From positions 11,046-75,045 of the forward strand of contig JBDRRP010000086.1 of the NCBI GenBank assembly GCA_043825735.1: a DNA stretch of 64,000 bases. Reading direction: 5' to 3'. The notes beneath the pieces were generated by a model. It was not told the DNA's origin and made no database searches. It saw nothing but the letters and a program-made list of their open reading frames with translations. This stretch comes from Pseudomonadota bacterium (lineage in GTDB: Bacteria; Desulfobacterota; Desulfobacteria; Desulfobacterales; JBDRRP01). The position numbers and the translations under genes are program-made. This document shows, piece by piece, positions 28,728 to 39,238 of this stretch; position 1 is the stretch's first letter; every line of letters begins with the position of its first letter.

Positions 28728-31700
28728 TCACCGCCGCAAATCAAGGGTATAGGGAAAATAAGGATTGGTTTCCGTGGCCGGTAACGTTTCGCGGGTGCCG
28801 GGGGTGTGCCCACCGGGGACAAACCGCGCGTTGCGACGGCCTTCGGCTTCGTAAGCGTTGACCGAAAACACCTCAGGGTTGCGGCCGCCCGGATGCGCCA
28901 CGTGATAGGTGCACCCGCCCACGGCCCGGCCCGACCAGGTGTCGAAAAGATCGATCGTCAGCGGGGTGTGCACGCCGATGGTGGGATGCAGGCAGCTCGG
29001 CGGCTGCCAGGCCCGATACCGGACACCGGCCACGAAGACGCCGTCCACGGCGGTCGGCTGCAGGGGCGCGCGCCGCCCGTTGCAGGTGATCATGTGCCGA
29101 TCCCCGGTCATGCCGGAGACCTTGACCTGGAGCCGTTCCAGCGATGAATCCACGTAGCGGGCGGTGCCGCCGCCGCCGGGCTCTTCGCCCAGCACATGCC
29201 AGGGCTCAAGCGCCTGTCGCAGCTCGATCTCGATGCCCTGGCAGTCCACTTTGCCGTGGATCGGAAATCTGAACTCGAAATGAGGGTGGAAAAAATCCAT
29301 TGAGACCGGAAACCCTGCCCGGTTCAGTGTCTTGAGCACGTCGGCAAAATCATCGCGAACCGGCTCGGGCAGCATGAAGCGGTCGTGGAGCCGCGTGCCC
29401 CAGCGCACCAGGTCCCGGCGATAGGGCGCTTTCCAGAACCAGGCCACAAAGATCCGCAGCAGCAGCTGCTGGGCCAGGCTCATGCGGGCGTGGGGGGGCA
29501 TCTCAAAGGCGCGAAACTCCAAAAGCCCCAATCTGCCGGCGGCACTGTCCGGCGAATAGAGCTTGTCGATACAAAATTCGGCCCGGTGGGTGTTGCCGGT
29601 GACGTCCACTAAGAGGTGGCGAAACAGGCGGTCCACCAGCCACGGCGGGCAGGGACGATCCGGACTTGTTTGTCGCTCAAGTTCGGCAAAGGCGATCTCC
29701 AGCTCATAGAGGCTGTCGTGCCGGGCTTCATCGATGCGCGGCTGCTGGCTGGTGGGGCCGATGAAGAGGCCGGAAAACAAAAATGAAAGGGACGGATGGT
29801 TGTTCCAGAAGGTGACGAAACTGCGCAGCAGGTCCGGCCGGCGCAGAAAAGGGCTGTCCGCCGGCGTGGCGCCGCCGAGGATGACGTGGTTGCCGCCGCC
29901 GGTGCCGGTTTGGCGGCCGTCGAGCATGAATTTCTCAGTGCCAAGACGCGTCTGACGGGCCGTTTCATAAAGGGTGGTGGTGCAATCGACCAACTGCCGC
30001 CAGCTGTTCATGGGCTGAATGTTCACCTCGATGACACCGGGGTCCGGGGTGATTTTCAGGCACTCCAGGCGTGGGTCAAAGGGCGGGGTGTAGCCTTCGA
30101 TCACGACCGGCAGAGCGGTCTTTGCCGCGGTGGATTCGATGGCGGCCACCAGGTCCAGATATCCCTCCAGGACGGTTATCGGCGGCATGAACACGTGCAG
30201 CCGGCCTGCGCGGGGTTGCACGCAAAGCGCGGTGCGCACCACCCAGGCGGCCGATTCGCCGACCGTCGGCGTGGGATCTTCAAAGGGTTTGGGCTGGGTG
30301 CGCACAGTATCGCCAACGGCTTCTTCGGGCCGCCCCTGAAGGGCCTGCTGGCCCTGGTGAAGATCGGGCAGCGGCCCCCGGTCGGCCATCGGATCCAGGG
30401 GATGGTCAAACGGGAAGTCCTCCTTTGCGACCCAGGGCAACGATTCCAGGGGCAGGCGCAGCCCGGCAGGGGAATCGCCGGGCAGCAGGAACATTTGACC
30501 ATTTCGGAACGGCCATGGGCCGCTCTTCCAGGAGCCGTACTGCAGGGGCAGAATGTAGCTCACCACGGCCCCCAGCCCACGCTGGAAGGTGGCTGCCATG
30601 CGCGCCCTGGCTTCGGGATCGTCCAGCTTGGGGTCGGCGGGGTCCACATTCACCGGCAGCCGCTGCTCCTTGTAAAGATAATAATAGATGTCCTCGTAGC
30701 CTTCCCGGATAAAGCGACGGCTCACCGGCAGCGTGTCGGCCAGGGCTTCGATGAACACCTTGGCTTCGGCAGTGCCGAAGCCATAGTCCTTCGATACGTC
30801 GGCAAGCCATCGGTCGTCGGTCCACACCGGCTGGCCGTCTTTGCGCCAGTAGCAGCCCAGGGCCCAGCGCGGCAGCGATTCACCCGGGTACCATTTGCCC
30901 TGGCCATAGTGCAGCAGCCCCCCGGGAGTCCACTGCCCGCGCAGCCGTTTGATCAGGGTCTGTGCGAGCTGCTGTTTTTCCTCACCCAGTGCAGCGGTGG
31001 TCCATTGGGCGTCGTCCATGTCGTCGATGGAGACGAACGTGGGCTCGCCGCCCATGGTCAGGCGGACATCGGCTTCGGCCAGTTCGCGATCCACCCGGTC
31101 CCCCAGGGCCTCGATGGCCGTCCAGACCGAATCCGGGTAGGGTTTCGTGGAGCGGGGCGCTTCGCGAATGCGACGCACGCTCATGGCGTGGCTGAAATCC
31201 ACCTCGCATTCATCCAGCGCGCCGGTGATGGGGGCCGCACTCTGGGGCTCCGGCGAGCAGGCCAGCGGGATGTGCCCTTCGCCGGCAAAGAGTCCGGAGG
31301 TGGGGTCCATGCCAACCCATCCGGCGCCGGGGAGGTAAACTTCGGTCCAGGCATGCAGATCGGTGAAATCGGCTTCCGGCCCTGACGGTCCGTCCAGGGA
31401 TTTGACGTCGGGTGCCAGCTGGATCAGGTAGCCGGAGGCAAAGCGGGCGGCCAGGCCCAGATGACGCAGGATGTTCACCAGCAACCACGCCGAGTCCCGG
31501 CAGGAGCCACTGCCCACGTCAAGGGTGTGCTCGCAGCTTTGCACGTTCGGTTCCATGCGAATGAGATACCGGATGTCGCGGCTCAGTTTCAGGTTCAGAT
31601 CGACGAGAAAATCAATGGTGCGTCGGGTGCGCCCATCGATCTGTGTCAGGTATGCGGTGAGTTTTTCCCCCGCCGGCTCCCTGACCAGATAGGGCGCCAG

Positions 31701-32039
31701 GTCAACCTTGAGCGTGTCTTCATATTCAAAGGGAAAGCGCTCGGCAGCGGGTTCAAGGAAATAATCGAAGGGGTTGATGATGATCATCTCCGCCACCAGA
31801 TCCACCTCTACCTGGAACTCGGTGGTCTTTTCCGGAAACACCAGGCGCCCCAGGTAGTTGCTGAAGGGGTCCTGCTGCCAGTTGATGAAATGCGTTTCCG
31901 GGGTCACCGTCATGGAGTAGCTCAAAATCGGCGTCCGGCAATGGGGCGCCGGTCGCAGCCGGACGATGTGAGGCGCCAGGGAAATTCGCCGATCGTAGTG
32001 GTAGGAAGTCTTATGGTTCAGAGCAACATGGATTCCCAT
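28728..32039 (-). CDS. Transglutaminase + DUF2126 (putative amidoligase) large protein
   Basis: GSCRDSAW, DLHAWTEVYLPGAGW, LTMGGEPTF, PDPGVIEVN, GTGGGNH, EFRAFEMPPH. Confidence 0.9.
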   Translation of the reverse strand: MGIHVALNHKTSYHYDRRISLAPHIVRLRPAPHCRTPILSYSMTVTPETHFINWQQDPFSNYLGRLVFPEKTTEFQVEVDLVAEMIIINPFDYFLEPAAERFPFEYEDTLKVDLAPYLVREPAGEKLTAYLTQIDGRTRRTIDFLVDLNLKLSRDIRYLIRMEPNVQSCEHTLDVGSGSCRDSAWLLVNILRHLGLAARFASGYLIQLAPDVKSLDGPSGPEADFTDLHAWTEVYLPGAGWVGMDPTSGLFAGEGHIPLACSPEPQSAAPITGALDECEVDFSHAMSVRRIREAPRSTKPYPDSVWTAIEALGDRVDRELAEADVRLTMGGEPTFVSIDDMDDAQWTTAALGEEKQQLAQTLIKRLRGQWTPGGLLHYGQGKWYPGESLPRWALGCYWRKDGQPVWTDDRWLADVSKDYGFGTAEAKVFIEALADTLPVSRRFIREGYEDIYYYLYKEQRLPVNVDPADPKLDDPEARARMAATFQRGLGAVVSYILPLQYGSWKSGPWPFRNGQMFLLPGDSPAGLRLPLESLPWVAKEDFPFDHPLDPMADRGPLPDLHQGQQALQGRPEEAVGDTVRTQPKPFEDPTPTVGESAAWVVRTALCVQPRAGRLHVFMPPITVLEGYLDLVAAIESTAAKTALPVVIEGYTPPFDPRLECLKITPDPGVIEVNIQPMNSWRQLVDCTTTLYETARQTRLGTEKFMLDGRQTGTGGGNHVILGGATPADSPFLRRPDLLRSFVTFWNNHPSLSFLFSGLFIGPTSQQPRIDEARHDSLYELEIAFAELERQTSPDRPCPPWLVDRLFRHLLVDVTGNTHRAEFCIDKLYSPDSAAGRLGLLEFRAFEMPPHARMSLAQQLLLRIFVAWFWKAPYRRDLVRWGTRLHDRFMLPEPVRDDFADVLKTLNRAGFPVSMDFFHPHFEFRFPIHGKVDCQGIEIELRQALEPWHVLGEEPGGGGTARYVDSSLERLQVKVSGMTGDRHMITCNGRRAPLQPTAVDGVFVAGVRYRAWQPPSCLHPTIGVHTPLTIDLFDTWSGRAVGGCTYHVAHPGGRNPEVFSVNAYEAEGRRNARFVPGGHTPGTRETLPATETNPYFPYTLDLRR

Positions 32040-32209
32040 GAGTGGCCTTTCTGTTAAGAGCAAAATCTTCGTATTCTCTGTGAACGCCGTGGTTCAGAAC
32101 CGATTTACGAAATAGCCTGTTCGAGCCTTGCCAGGAACCAAAATCTACAGTTTCTGGATGGACACTAACGATGTGCACCGATTTGGCTGCATCGGGGCGC
32201 AGTTGCCTT

Positions 32210-33190
32210 CTATTGTTCAGTCTGTGACGCTTCCGACGACGGTTTGATGTTGAAAAAAGTGATGCCGATGGCCTGGTCCACCAGATTGAGCCGGGTTTGG
32301 AGGCTGTCCATGTACTCGTGCATGCCACTATCGATCACCTCGTCGATGTCGGTATATTCCAGATCGGCGGTGAGCCGGCCCAGCCGCTTTTCGGCGGGGC
32401 TGCTGGCCGATCCGGGCGGCGAGCCGGTGATGCGGTGAAGGCAGACCTGGGCCTTGGCGATGCAGTGGCGGATGGAGCGCGGAAACTGGCTGTCGAAGAT
32501 CAAAAAGTTGGCGACCTTGCGGGGGGTGATGTGGTGGTGCGTTTTGCGGAACATCTCGAAAGCGCTGGCGGATTTGAGCACCGCCGTCCACTGGATGTTG
32601 TCGATGGGCGTGTTCACCAGGTCCGCCTGGGGCAGCAGCATGAAGTATTTGACGTCCAGTATCCGTGAGGTTTTATCCGCCCGCTCGAGCATCATGCCGA
32701 TGCGGGCGAAGTTCCAGGCCTCGCCATGGCTCATGGTGGAGTCCATCAGGCCGGTGAACAGGTGACTGCGCATCTGGATGATCTTGAAAAAGCGGTGGGG
32801 GTCCTCCAGGGCCAGCTTCAGGCTCTGGGCATCTGCCAGTTCAAGGTAAAAATTGTTGAGATGCTCCCACATCTCCGAGGAGATGATCTCGCGGATGGAA
32901 CGGCCGTTTTCCCGTGCCGCCGCAAGGCAGGAGAGAATGGAATTGGGGTATTCCCGATCAAAGGTCAGAAATCGGATCACCGCCTCCTGCTCCTGGGTGC
33001 AGTCGGGGCATTTTTTTTCGAACAGCGCCTGGTCGCCGGTAATCATGACCAGCGGTTCCCAATGCTTGCCTTTTTCCGACGGCATGTCCAGCAGCAGATT
33101 GAGATTGACGCTGATGAAGCGGGCCACGTTTTCCGCCCGTTCGATATATCGGCACATCCAGTAGATCGAGTTGGCCACACGACTGAGCAT
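32210..33190 (-). CDS. Alpha-E domain protein (DUF403)
   Basis: MLSRVANSIYWMCRYIERAEN, LERADKTSRILDVKY, FPRSI. Confidence 0.92.
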   Translation of the reverse strand: MLSRVANSIYWMCRYIERAENVARFISVNLNLLLDMPSEKGKHWEPLVMITGDQALFEKKCPDCTQEQEAVIRFLTFDREYPNSILSCLAAARENGRSIREIISSEMWEHLNNFYLELADAQSLKLALEDPHRFFKIIQMRSHLFTGLMDSTMSHGEAWNFARIGMMLERADKTSRILDVKYFMLLPQADLVNTPIDNIQWTAVLKSASAFEMFRKTHHHITPRKVANFLIFDSQFPRSIRHCIAKAQVCLHRITGSPPGSASSPAEKRLGRLTADLEYTDIDEVIDSGMHEYMDSLQTRLNLVDQAIGITFFNIKPSSEASQTEQ

Positions 33191-33290
33191 CTATTCCTCC
33201 TTTGCAAGCCGGCAGGCGGTAACACGCTCCGGATATCTGCAATTTTATGCCTGCGGCGCCGACGGCGACTGAGAAGATTATATTCGGTGT

Positions 33291-33605
33291 CTGGTTATGC
33301 ACTATCCTTCAGCCGAGGTTCTGGCTGTTTCGTAGGGGAGGGGTTCATCCCCTCCCGCAATCGGCAAAGATGATCCCAATCATTTGTTTTTCACCCCGAT
33401 CACGGGCGGGGATCCTCCTTCGCCAAGGCTTCCGCCGCCGCTGCGCTAAGGCGGATAAAATGGCGGACAAGAAAACCCCGCACCCTACAAGGTTTAGTTG
33501 CCCTGGCGCCCGTATGGAATGCTGCGATGGGCGCTTCGGTGCAATGAAGGATTTTGTATGTTCATACAGCGCCTGCCCGTGCACTGGAGAATAGTGCATA
33601 ACCAG
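33291..33605. mobile_element. MITE-like insert bounded by a perfect 15-bp inverted repeat, containing a GTAG REP pair
   Basis: ctggttatgcactat (33291-33305) and atagtgcataaccag (33591-33605); cgtaggggagggg at 33331 and caccctac at ~33481. Confidence 0.6.
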
Positions 33606-33625
33606 GTTTCGGTGATAATATCATT

Positions 33626-35056
33626 TTAAAGCACCCAAGTATCCTTGCTCCCGCCGCCCTGGGAAGAGTTGACCACCAGGGATCCACGGGTCAGCGCGAC
33701 ACGGGTCAGGCCGCCGGGCTGCACATATATTTCCTTTCCAAAGAGCACGTAAGGTCGAAGGTCCACGTGGCGTCCCTCGATCCGATCGCCGACGATCGTG
33801 GGTACCCGGGATAGGGAAATGGTGGGCTGGGCCATATAGTTGCGCGGTTCCGCCGTGATCTTCTCGGCAAACGCCGCACGCTGCGCGTCAGTGGCGTGGG
33901 GGCCCACCAGCATGCCGTAGCCGCCGGACTCGTTGGCGGCCTTGACCACCAGCTCATCCAGGTGTGCCAGTACATAGGCCCGGTCGTCATCGCTTCGGCA
34001 GATATAGGTGGGCACGTTGGGCAGGATGGCATCTTCACCGGTGTAGTATTTGATGATCTCTGGCACGTAGGCGTAGATCACCTTGTCATCGGCAATGCCG
34101 GTGCCCGGGGCGTTGGCCATGGCGATGCGGCCCGCCTTGTAGACGCCGATGAGCCCGGTGACGCCCAGCAGGGAATCGGGGCGGAAAACTTCCGGGTCGA
34201 TGAAATCATCGTCGATGCGCCGGTAGAGGACATCCACGCGTTTGAGCCCCTTGGTGGTCAGCATGTGGACGAACCCATCGGAGACCACCAGGTCCTGGCC
34301 CTCCACCAGTTCCACCCCCATCTGTTGGGAAAGAAAAGAGTGCTCAAAGTAAGCGCTGTTGTAAATGCCGGGGGTCAGCACGCCGATCGTCGGGGATTGG
34401 ACGTGGTCCGGAGCCAGGTACTCCAGCATTTCCAGCAGTTTGGAGGGGTAGTCGTCCACCGGCCTGACGTGGGATGCCTCGAATACCTGGGGAAAAGTGC
34501 GCTTTAGCACCTGGCGGTTTTCAAGCACATAGGAGACGCCCGAGGGGCAGCGCAGGTTGTCTTCCAGCACGAAAAACCGACCGTCGCGGTCACGGACCAG
34601 GTCGGTGCCTGTCACATGGCACCAGATCCCCCGGGGCGGGGTGAACCCCTCGCACTCTCTGCGGTAGGTGCGACTGGTGAGGATCAGGTCTTCGGGGATC
34701 ACCTTGTCCTTGAGGATTTTCTTCCCGTTGTAAATATCCTGGATGAATTCATTGAGGGCGAAGATCCGCTGCTTGAGACCGCTTTCGATCTGCTGCCAGT
34801 CGCTGCCGGAGACGATGCGGGGGATAATGTCGAACGGCATGATCTTTTCGGTGCCCTCGTCGCGGCCGTAAACATTGAAGGTGATGCCCATTTTCAGCAG
34901 CATGGCCTCGGCCGCCTTCTGGCGCAGGGACAGATCCCCTGGCGGCAGCGACTCGATTTTGTCCACCAGCAATTGTGCACCGGGCCGGGGCTTGCCGTTC
35001 TCATCGATCAATTCATCGAAATAATCACCCGGATCATACGTTCTAAATGTTTCCAT
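33626..35056 (-). CDS. Circularly permuted ATP-grasp type 2 protein
   Basis: GITFNVY, PFDIIPR, LEDNLRCPSGVSYVLENR, YRRIDDDF, GIADDK, VVNSSQGGGSKDTWVL. Confidence 0.93.
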   Translation of the reverse strand: METFRTYDPGDYFDELIDENGKPRPGAQLLVDKIESLPPGDLSLRQKAAEAMLLKMGITFNVYGRDEGTEKIMPFDIIPRIVSGSDWQQIESGLKQRIFALNEFIQDIYNGKKILKDKVIPEDLILTSRTYRRECEGFTPPRGIWCHVTGTDLVRDRDGRFFVLEDNLRCPSGVSYVLENRQVLKRTFPQVFEASHVRPVDDYPSKLLEMLEYLAPDHVQSPTIGVLTPGIYNSAYFEHSFLSQQMGVELVEGQDLVVSDGFVHMLTTKGLKRVDVLYRRIDDDFIDPEVFRPDSLLGVTGLIGVYKAGRIAMANAPGTGIADDKVIYAYVPEIIKYYTGEDAILPNVPTYICRSDDDRAYVLAHLDELVVKAANESGGYGMLVGPHATDAQRAAFAEKITAEPRNYMAQPTISLSRVPTIVGDRIEGRHVDLRPYVLFGKEIYVQPGGLTRVALTRGSLVVNSSQGGGSKDTWVL

Positions 35057-35422
35057 CGAACCGTTTCCTCCGTGGCTGCGCGGGTCTGTGTTAAGAAAGC
35101 AAAAATCACTGCACTCAATTTTTCTCAGCGGTGCGCACCGTTACTGAGATCGCCCTGGGAACCCTGCATAAAGCGCAGGGCGCCAGGCGAAAGTGATCGT
35201 TGTCGAGGCAATGCACCTGACCGCAGGCTCTGGCCGCAACGCAATGCCGCCGGCTTTGTGGTGGGCGTTTACCCATACGTCCGGGGGGCCGGTGTGCCCG
35301 CCCATTTTATGAAAAACCAGAACATCTTGATATTCAATGGTAAAAAGAGATAAGTAACGCTTTTATGTCCGTGTTTCAGCAAGGCTGACTTTTTTACTAA
35401 AAAATAAGGTGTTCACATCCCA

Positions 35423-38400
35423 GTGCCAAAGCACATTCCACGATATCTTTTCGACCGCCGGGACTACAAGATGCTGTCCCTTGTCAACGAGGTGATCAGC
35501 AGCGGGCGAACGACGCCCTTTGCCCACATCGAGCTTTACGTTCATTTCCATCCCGAAGGCATCAAGGAGTTGGCCGAGTCGCGGGGCCTTCGCATCGCGT
35601 ACGCCACCATTTTATTGCTCCAGTCTTTGACCACGGGGCGGTTGGAGGATCGTCTGGGCGCCTTGAGCGCCCTGCGTGATGAGGTCATCGATACCGCCAT
35701 TGGCCCCATGCCCCGAAACACCGCCCGAGTATTGCTGCAGATCATGAAAGAGCTGGTGCGCGCCCACGGCGATCAGCGCCGGCAATTGGAGTTGGCTCAC
35801 GATTTCCGGGCGGCGGCCTCCGGTAAACCCCGGGTCATCCGCCGCCAGTTGCGGCAATACCACCTGATTGAAATGCCCGAGGCGTGGAACCAGGTCGCCT
35901 TTGACGACCACGTCCACGATGCCAACACCAAGGGGCGCAAGTCGCCGACGCATTTGATCATGGACGCCTGGATCAAGGGAATCCGGCGCCTGCGTGTCAT
36001 CTATTATAACCACATCTCTTCAAAGTCCGCCACCGAGCTGATACAGGCCGCCCAGATCATGGGGATCACCTTGCGAATGGGCATCGAATTTTCAGCCTGT
36101 TTCCGAGGCAAGTATGCCCAATTGATATGGGTGCCGCGAGGATTCCATGACGACCAGGCTTTTCTGTGTTTTCTGGAAGAGCCGGAAACCGTTGCGTTGA
36201 TGCAGGCGGGTGTCGACGTATCCGTCTATCAGGAAAAATATGTCTGCGCTCTGCTGCATGCGTTCAATGCCCGGCACCGGGATGCGTTCAACGCCGTTTA
36301 CGACATTGACCTGCCGGTTTTAGAGGAGACGGCGTTTTTGGCTTATGTGGCCCCGGGGCAGGCATCGCTGCTGCATCTGGCCAAGTATATTCATGCCCAA
36401 TTCCTGTCGCGGCTGCCGCAGGCGATGGCGCGCCTGCGGACGACTTACCAGGCCGCCGCCGATGCCACGGAACGATGCCGCATCGAAGCGCAGGTCGATC
36501 GGCTCAACCGGCTCAGTGCCGACACCATTCTCGACGATTATCTGAAACCGCGGCACAACCCTGAAATCCCAGACGTGTCCGTGCCGCATGACGACCCCCT
36601 TGCCCCGGCATTGCTGCAGCTGTCTCCCAAAGCGGTGATCGACAGATTGATCGATCTCAGGAGCGCCTATCGCATCACTTTGAATCTGAGCAATATCACG
36701 GTGGAGGATGCGCTGGAAATTCTTTATGACTGTGAAGGCAAAATCACCCGTCTTGAAATTTTCAATCTGAAAGATTACGCCGCCGGTCTCACCCATCACA
36801 TCCCGCCCATCATCGAACTGCAGCAGGCCATCAACCAGGGCAATGTGATCGCTTTAAAGCGCATCATCCGGCAAACCATCGTCCGTCTGGCACAGACCGA
36901 CCCGCCGGACACCGGCCGCATCGATCGGCTTTCGGCGATTTTGCATGATATCGTCTCGCTGAAGGCATTCTACGCCGGCATCCCACTGGTTTCCCGGATC
37001 GGCAGCGATTCAACCGGTGGTGCGCCCTATTCCCACGGGATGGGCTTGGTGGTGGACGATACGTTGCCCTGGCGCAGCCGCCGTGACATCCGCCGCAAAG
37101 ACAATGACCGTTTGAGGCTTCCCATCACGGTGTGCGTGTCGCCGGTAACGATTTACCGCCCCGGACACTTGACGGGGATGATGGCTGCCGTGCGCCGCCT
37201 GCCCGGCATGAGCCGGGCGGGTCTGCGGCGGGAAAACCACTGGGAGACACTGGAGCAGGATGTCCGCCTGGTGCCGGAAGGCAACATCGTGACCCTGGGG
37301 GGAATTCAGGGCGTGCCCGAAAATGGATTGCGCCTTTCCCCTCAGCCGGATACCGAAAAAAGCATTCGGCGTGCGCTCAATCTGAACAGTCTGCTGAAAA
37401 ACGGTTTGAAAGTGGCCATCGGATTCCTTCCTGCCTTTGCCACGTTCGCATTGACAAAGGACTGGTGGCTGCTGGCCTATGGCGGCGCCTTTATTTGGTT
37501 CGGCATTACCGGGCTTCGCAATATCGTGCAGTCGGTGCTTGGCGGCGGCGGATGGCGGCGCTCCCCGCTGCTCCGGTGGAATGATCTGATCAGTTGGGAG
37601 CGCATCACCGATTCGCTGCTCTATACCGGGTTCTCCGTGCCGCTGCTGGATTACGTCACCAAAACGGTGCTGCTCGAGCGGTGCTGGAATATCACCACGT
37701 CAACCCAGCCGGTGATGCTGTATACGCTGATGGCGCTGGCCAACGGGATTTACCTGTCCAGCCACAATATCTTCCGCGGGCTGCCCAGAGGGGCGGTTGT
37801 GGGCAATTTCTTCAGAAGTATTCTCAGCATCCCCCTGGCCATCGGTCTGAATGCCGGCATCGGTTTTATGGTGACCGGTATGGGATTCGGCCCGGCGGCG
37901 CCGATTCTGCAAAAATGGGCGGCCATCATTTCCAAAACAGCATCTGATGTCGTGGCCGGTATCATTGAAGGCGCCGCCGATCGGTTTCAAAACATCGACC
38001 GCCGACGCAGGGCCATCGGAAATAAGATCAAACAAATTTTGGATACGTATACCGAACTGGAAATACTGCTGCCTGAAGCACAAGCCATGGAGTATTTGCA
38101 GAACCCCGAAAAATTGGGCAAAGTGCCCGCCGATGCGCAGGACATGGCCAAACGCATGTATGTACATGCCCTTGATCTGCTCTATTTCTGGATGTACCAG
38201 CCGCGCGCGCGAAATGCCTTCAGAGCCTTGATCGAGGAATTGAGTCCGGATGAGAGCCGGATTGTCCTTCAGGCCCAGACGGTACTGTATCAGCAGCGCC
38301 CCATCAGTCAGCTATTCATTGACGGCATCCTGGGGCAGGGCTTCTCCAGGCCTCTGGCGTTCTATCTTGCCCAGTCACCGGCGTACCTGGCCGAGATTGA

Positions 38401-38548
38401 AGTGCTGATTGCCGAAAATGAAGCCGCTTATGCCGCCTGCTGTCAGGCACCGGTTGACCCCAAAGTCCTTGATGCCCTGCAAAGCAAGGGAAGCAAAAAA
38501 TTTTCCGCGGAGGTGCAGACAAGACAGGGGCGGACGGGCACGGCGTAA
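35423..38548 (+). CDS. Large uncharacterised protein with PHP-like motifs and C-terminal transmembrane helices
   Basis: FDDHVHD, MGIEF, RLEIFN and IGSDS resemble the PHP metal-binding motifs; hydrophobic segments at about aa 660-830. Confidence 0.75.
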   Translation: MPKHIPRYLFDRRDYKMLSLVNEVISSGRTTPFAHIELYVHFHPEGIKELAESRGLRIAYATILLLQSLTTGRLEDRLGALSALRDEVIDTAIGPMPRNTARVLLQIMKELVRAHGDQRRQLELAHDFRAAASGKPRVIRRQLRQYHLIEMPEAWNQVAFDDHVHDANTKGRKSPTHLIMDAWIKGIRRLRVIYYNHISSKSATELIQAAQIMGITLRMGIEFSACFRGKYAQLIWVPRGFHDDQAFLCFLEEPETVALMQAGVDVSVYQEKYVCALLHAFNARHRDAFNAVYDIDLPVLEETAFLAYVAPGQASLLHLAKYIHAQFLSRLPQAMARLRTTYQAAADATERCRIEAQVDRLNRLSADTILDDYLKPRHNPEIPDVSVPHDDPLAPALLQLSPKAVIDRLIDLRSAYRITLNLSNITVEDALEILYDCEGKITRLEIFNLKDYAAGLTHHIPPIIELQQAINQGNVIALKRIIRQTIVRLAQTDPPDTGRIDRLSAILHDIVSLKAFYAGIPLVSRIGSDSTGGAPYSHGMGLVVDDTLPWRSRRDIRRKDNDRLRLPITVCVSPVTIYRPGHLTGMMAAVRRLPGMSRAGLRRENHWETLEQDVRLVPEGNIVTLGGIQGVPENGLRLSPQPDTEKSIRRALNLNSLLKNGLKVAIGFLPAFATFALTKDWWLLAYGGAFIWFGITGLRNIVQSVLGGGGWRRSPLLRWNDLISWERITDSLLYTGFSVPLLDYVTKTVLLERCWNITTSTQPVMLYTLMALANGIYLSSHNIFRGLPRGAVVGNFFRSILSIPLAIGLNAGIGFMVTGMGFGPAAPILQKWAAIISKTASDVVAGIIEGAADRFQNIDRRRRAIGNKIKQILDTYTELEILLPEAQAMEYLQNPEKLGKVPADAQDMAKRMYVHALDLLYFWMYQPRARNAFRALIEELSPDESRIVLQAQTVLYQQRPISQLFIDGILGQGFSRPLAFYLAQSPAYLAEIEVLIAENEAAYAACCQAPVDPKVLDALQSKGSKKFSAEVQTRQGRTGTA

Positions 38549-38579
38549 ATAGATGACCATAGCGTTGCGGCCTCCCGCA

Positions 38580-38942
38580 TCACGACCACGGGCAGATGAA
38601 TTTTTCCCAATCCCGCAGTTCGGCTCTCAGCTTCTCCATGTGCCGCAGCGTGGCGATCTCCCGGTCGAAATCCGCCGATGACAGATTGAGCCGCTGCATC
38701 AGTTTGTCCGGCTCAATGCCACCGGTGTCTGTGAGAATCTGAAGGATATTTTCCTGCGTTGGAGACAATTGCGCACCCGTCCCGCCACTTTGGACGGTGG
38801 ATTTGGCGCAGTAGACCGCCCATGGATCGCAGGCCTTGGCCGGCGAAAGGGCGATCATGTAACAGTCTTCGCACAGGGTGCGTCCGTGAAGCGTGTTTTC
38901 TTCTTCAGCGGCAATGGGCACGCTGCATTTATCGCACTGCAT
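38580..38942 (-). CDS. Cys-rich (zinc-finger-like) protein with C-terminal winged-helix-like domain
   Basis: CDKC..LCEDC..CDPWAV, then LSPTQENILQIL..REIATLRHME; GGAGG RBS. Confidence 0.75.
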   Translation of the reverse strand: MQCDKCSVPIAAEEENTLHGRTLCEDCYMIALSPAKACDPWAVYCAKSTVQSGGTGAQLSPTQENILQILTDTGGIEPDKLMQRLNLSSADFDREIATLRHMEKLRAELRDWEKFICPWS

Positions 38943-39238
38943 GGGCTTCCTCCGCGTATAGAATCTCTCACAAAGAAATGGCGGCTTGAACGGCGATTTG
39001 AGTCGGCTGCTGACGGTCAAATCCTTTATCCCTGCGCCGGCGGCAGTGCTAAAGACGCCTTTTGGTGGCGGGGCCGAAAAAGAGGATGCCTGCGACGCTG
39101 CCGACTACGGGTAACCTTACTTATCGTAGATAATCCCGAGAATAGTTTTCTTTGCGTGCTTGGCGTCTTTGCGAGAAAATTGCTTTTTTACGGGTTTGTC
39201 AAGGTTAAGAGACCGGCTTCTCGCCGCGGCATCAGGCA

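Noticed and set aside
29796-31385. 529-aa plus-strand ORF
   Set aside because: Antisense shadow of the DUF2126 gene.
35057-35422. Possible riboswitch or sigma54 promoter ahead of the ATP-grasp operon
   Set aside because: Palindromes are present (for example cggtgcgcaccg), but I could not match a correctly spaced GG-N10-GC motif or a known aptamer by eye. An Rfam scan would settle it.
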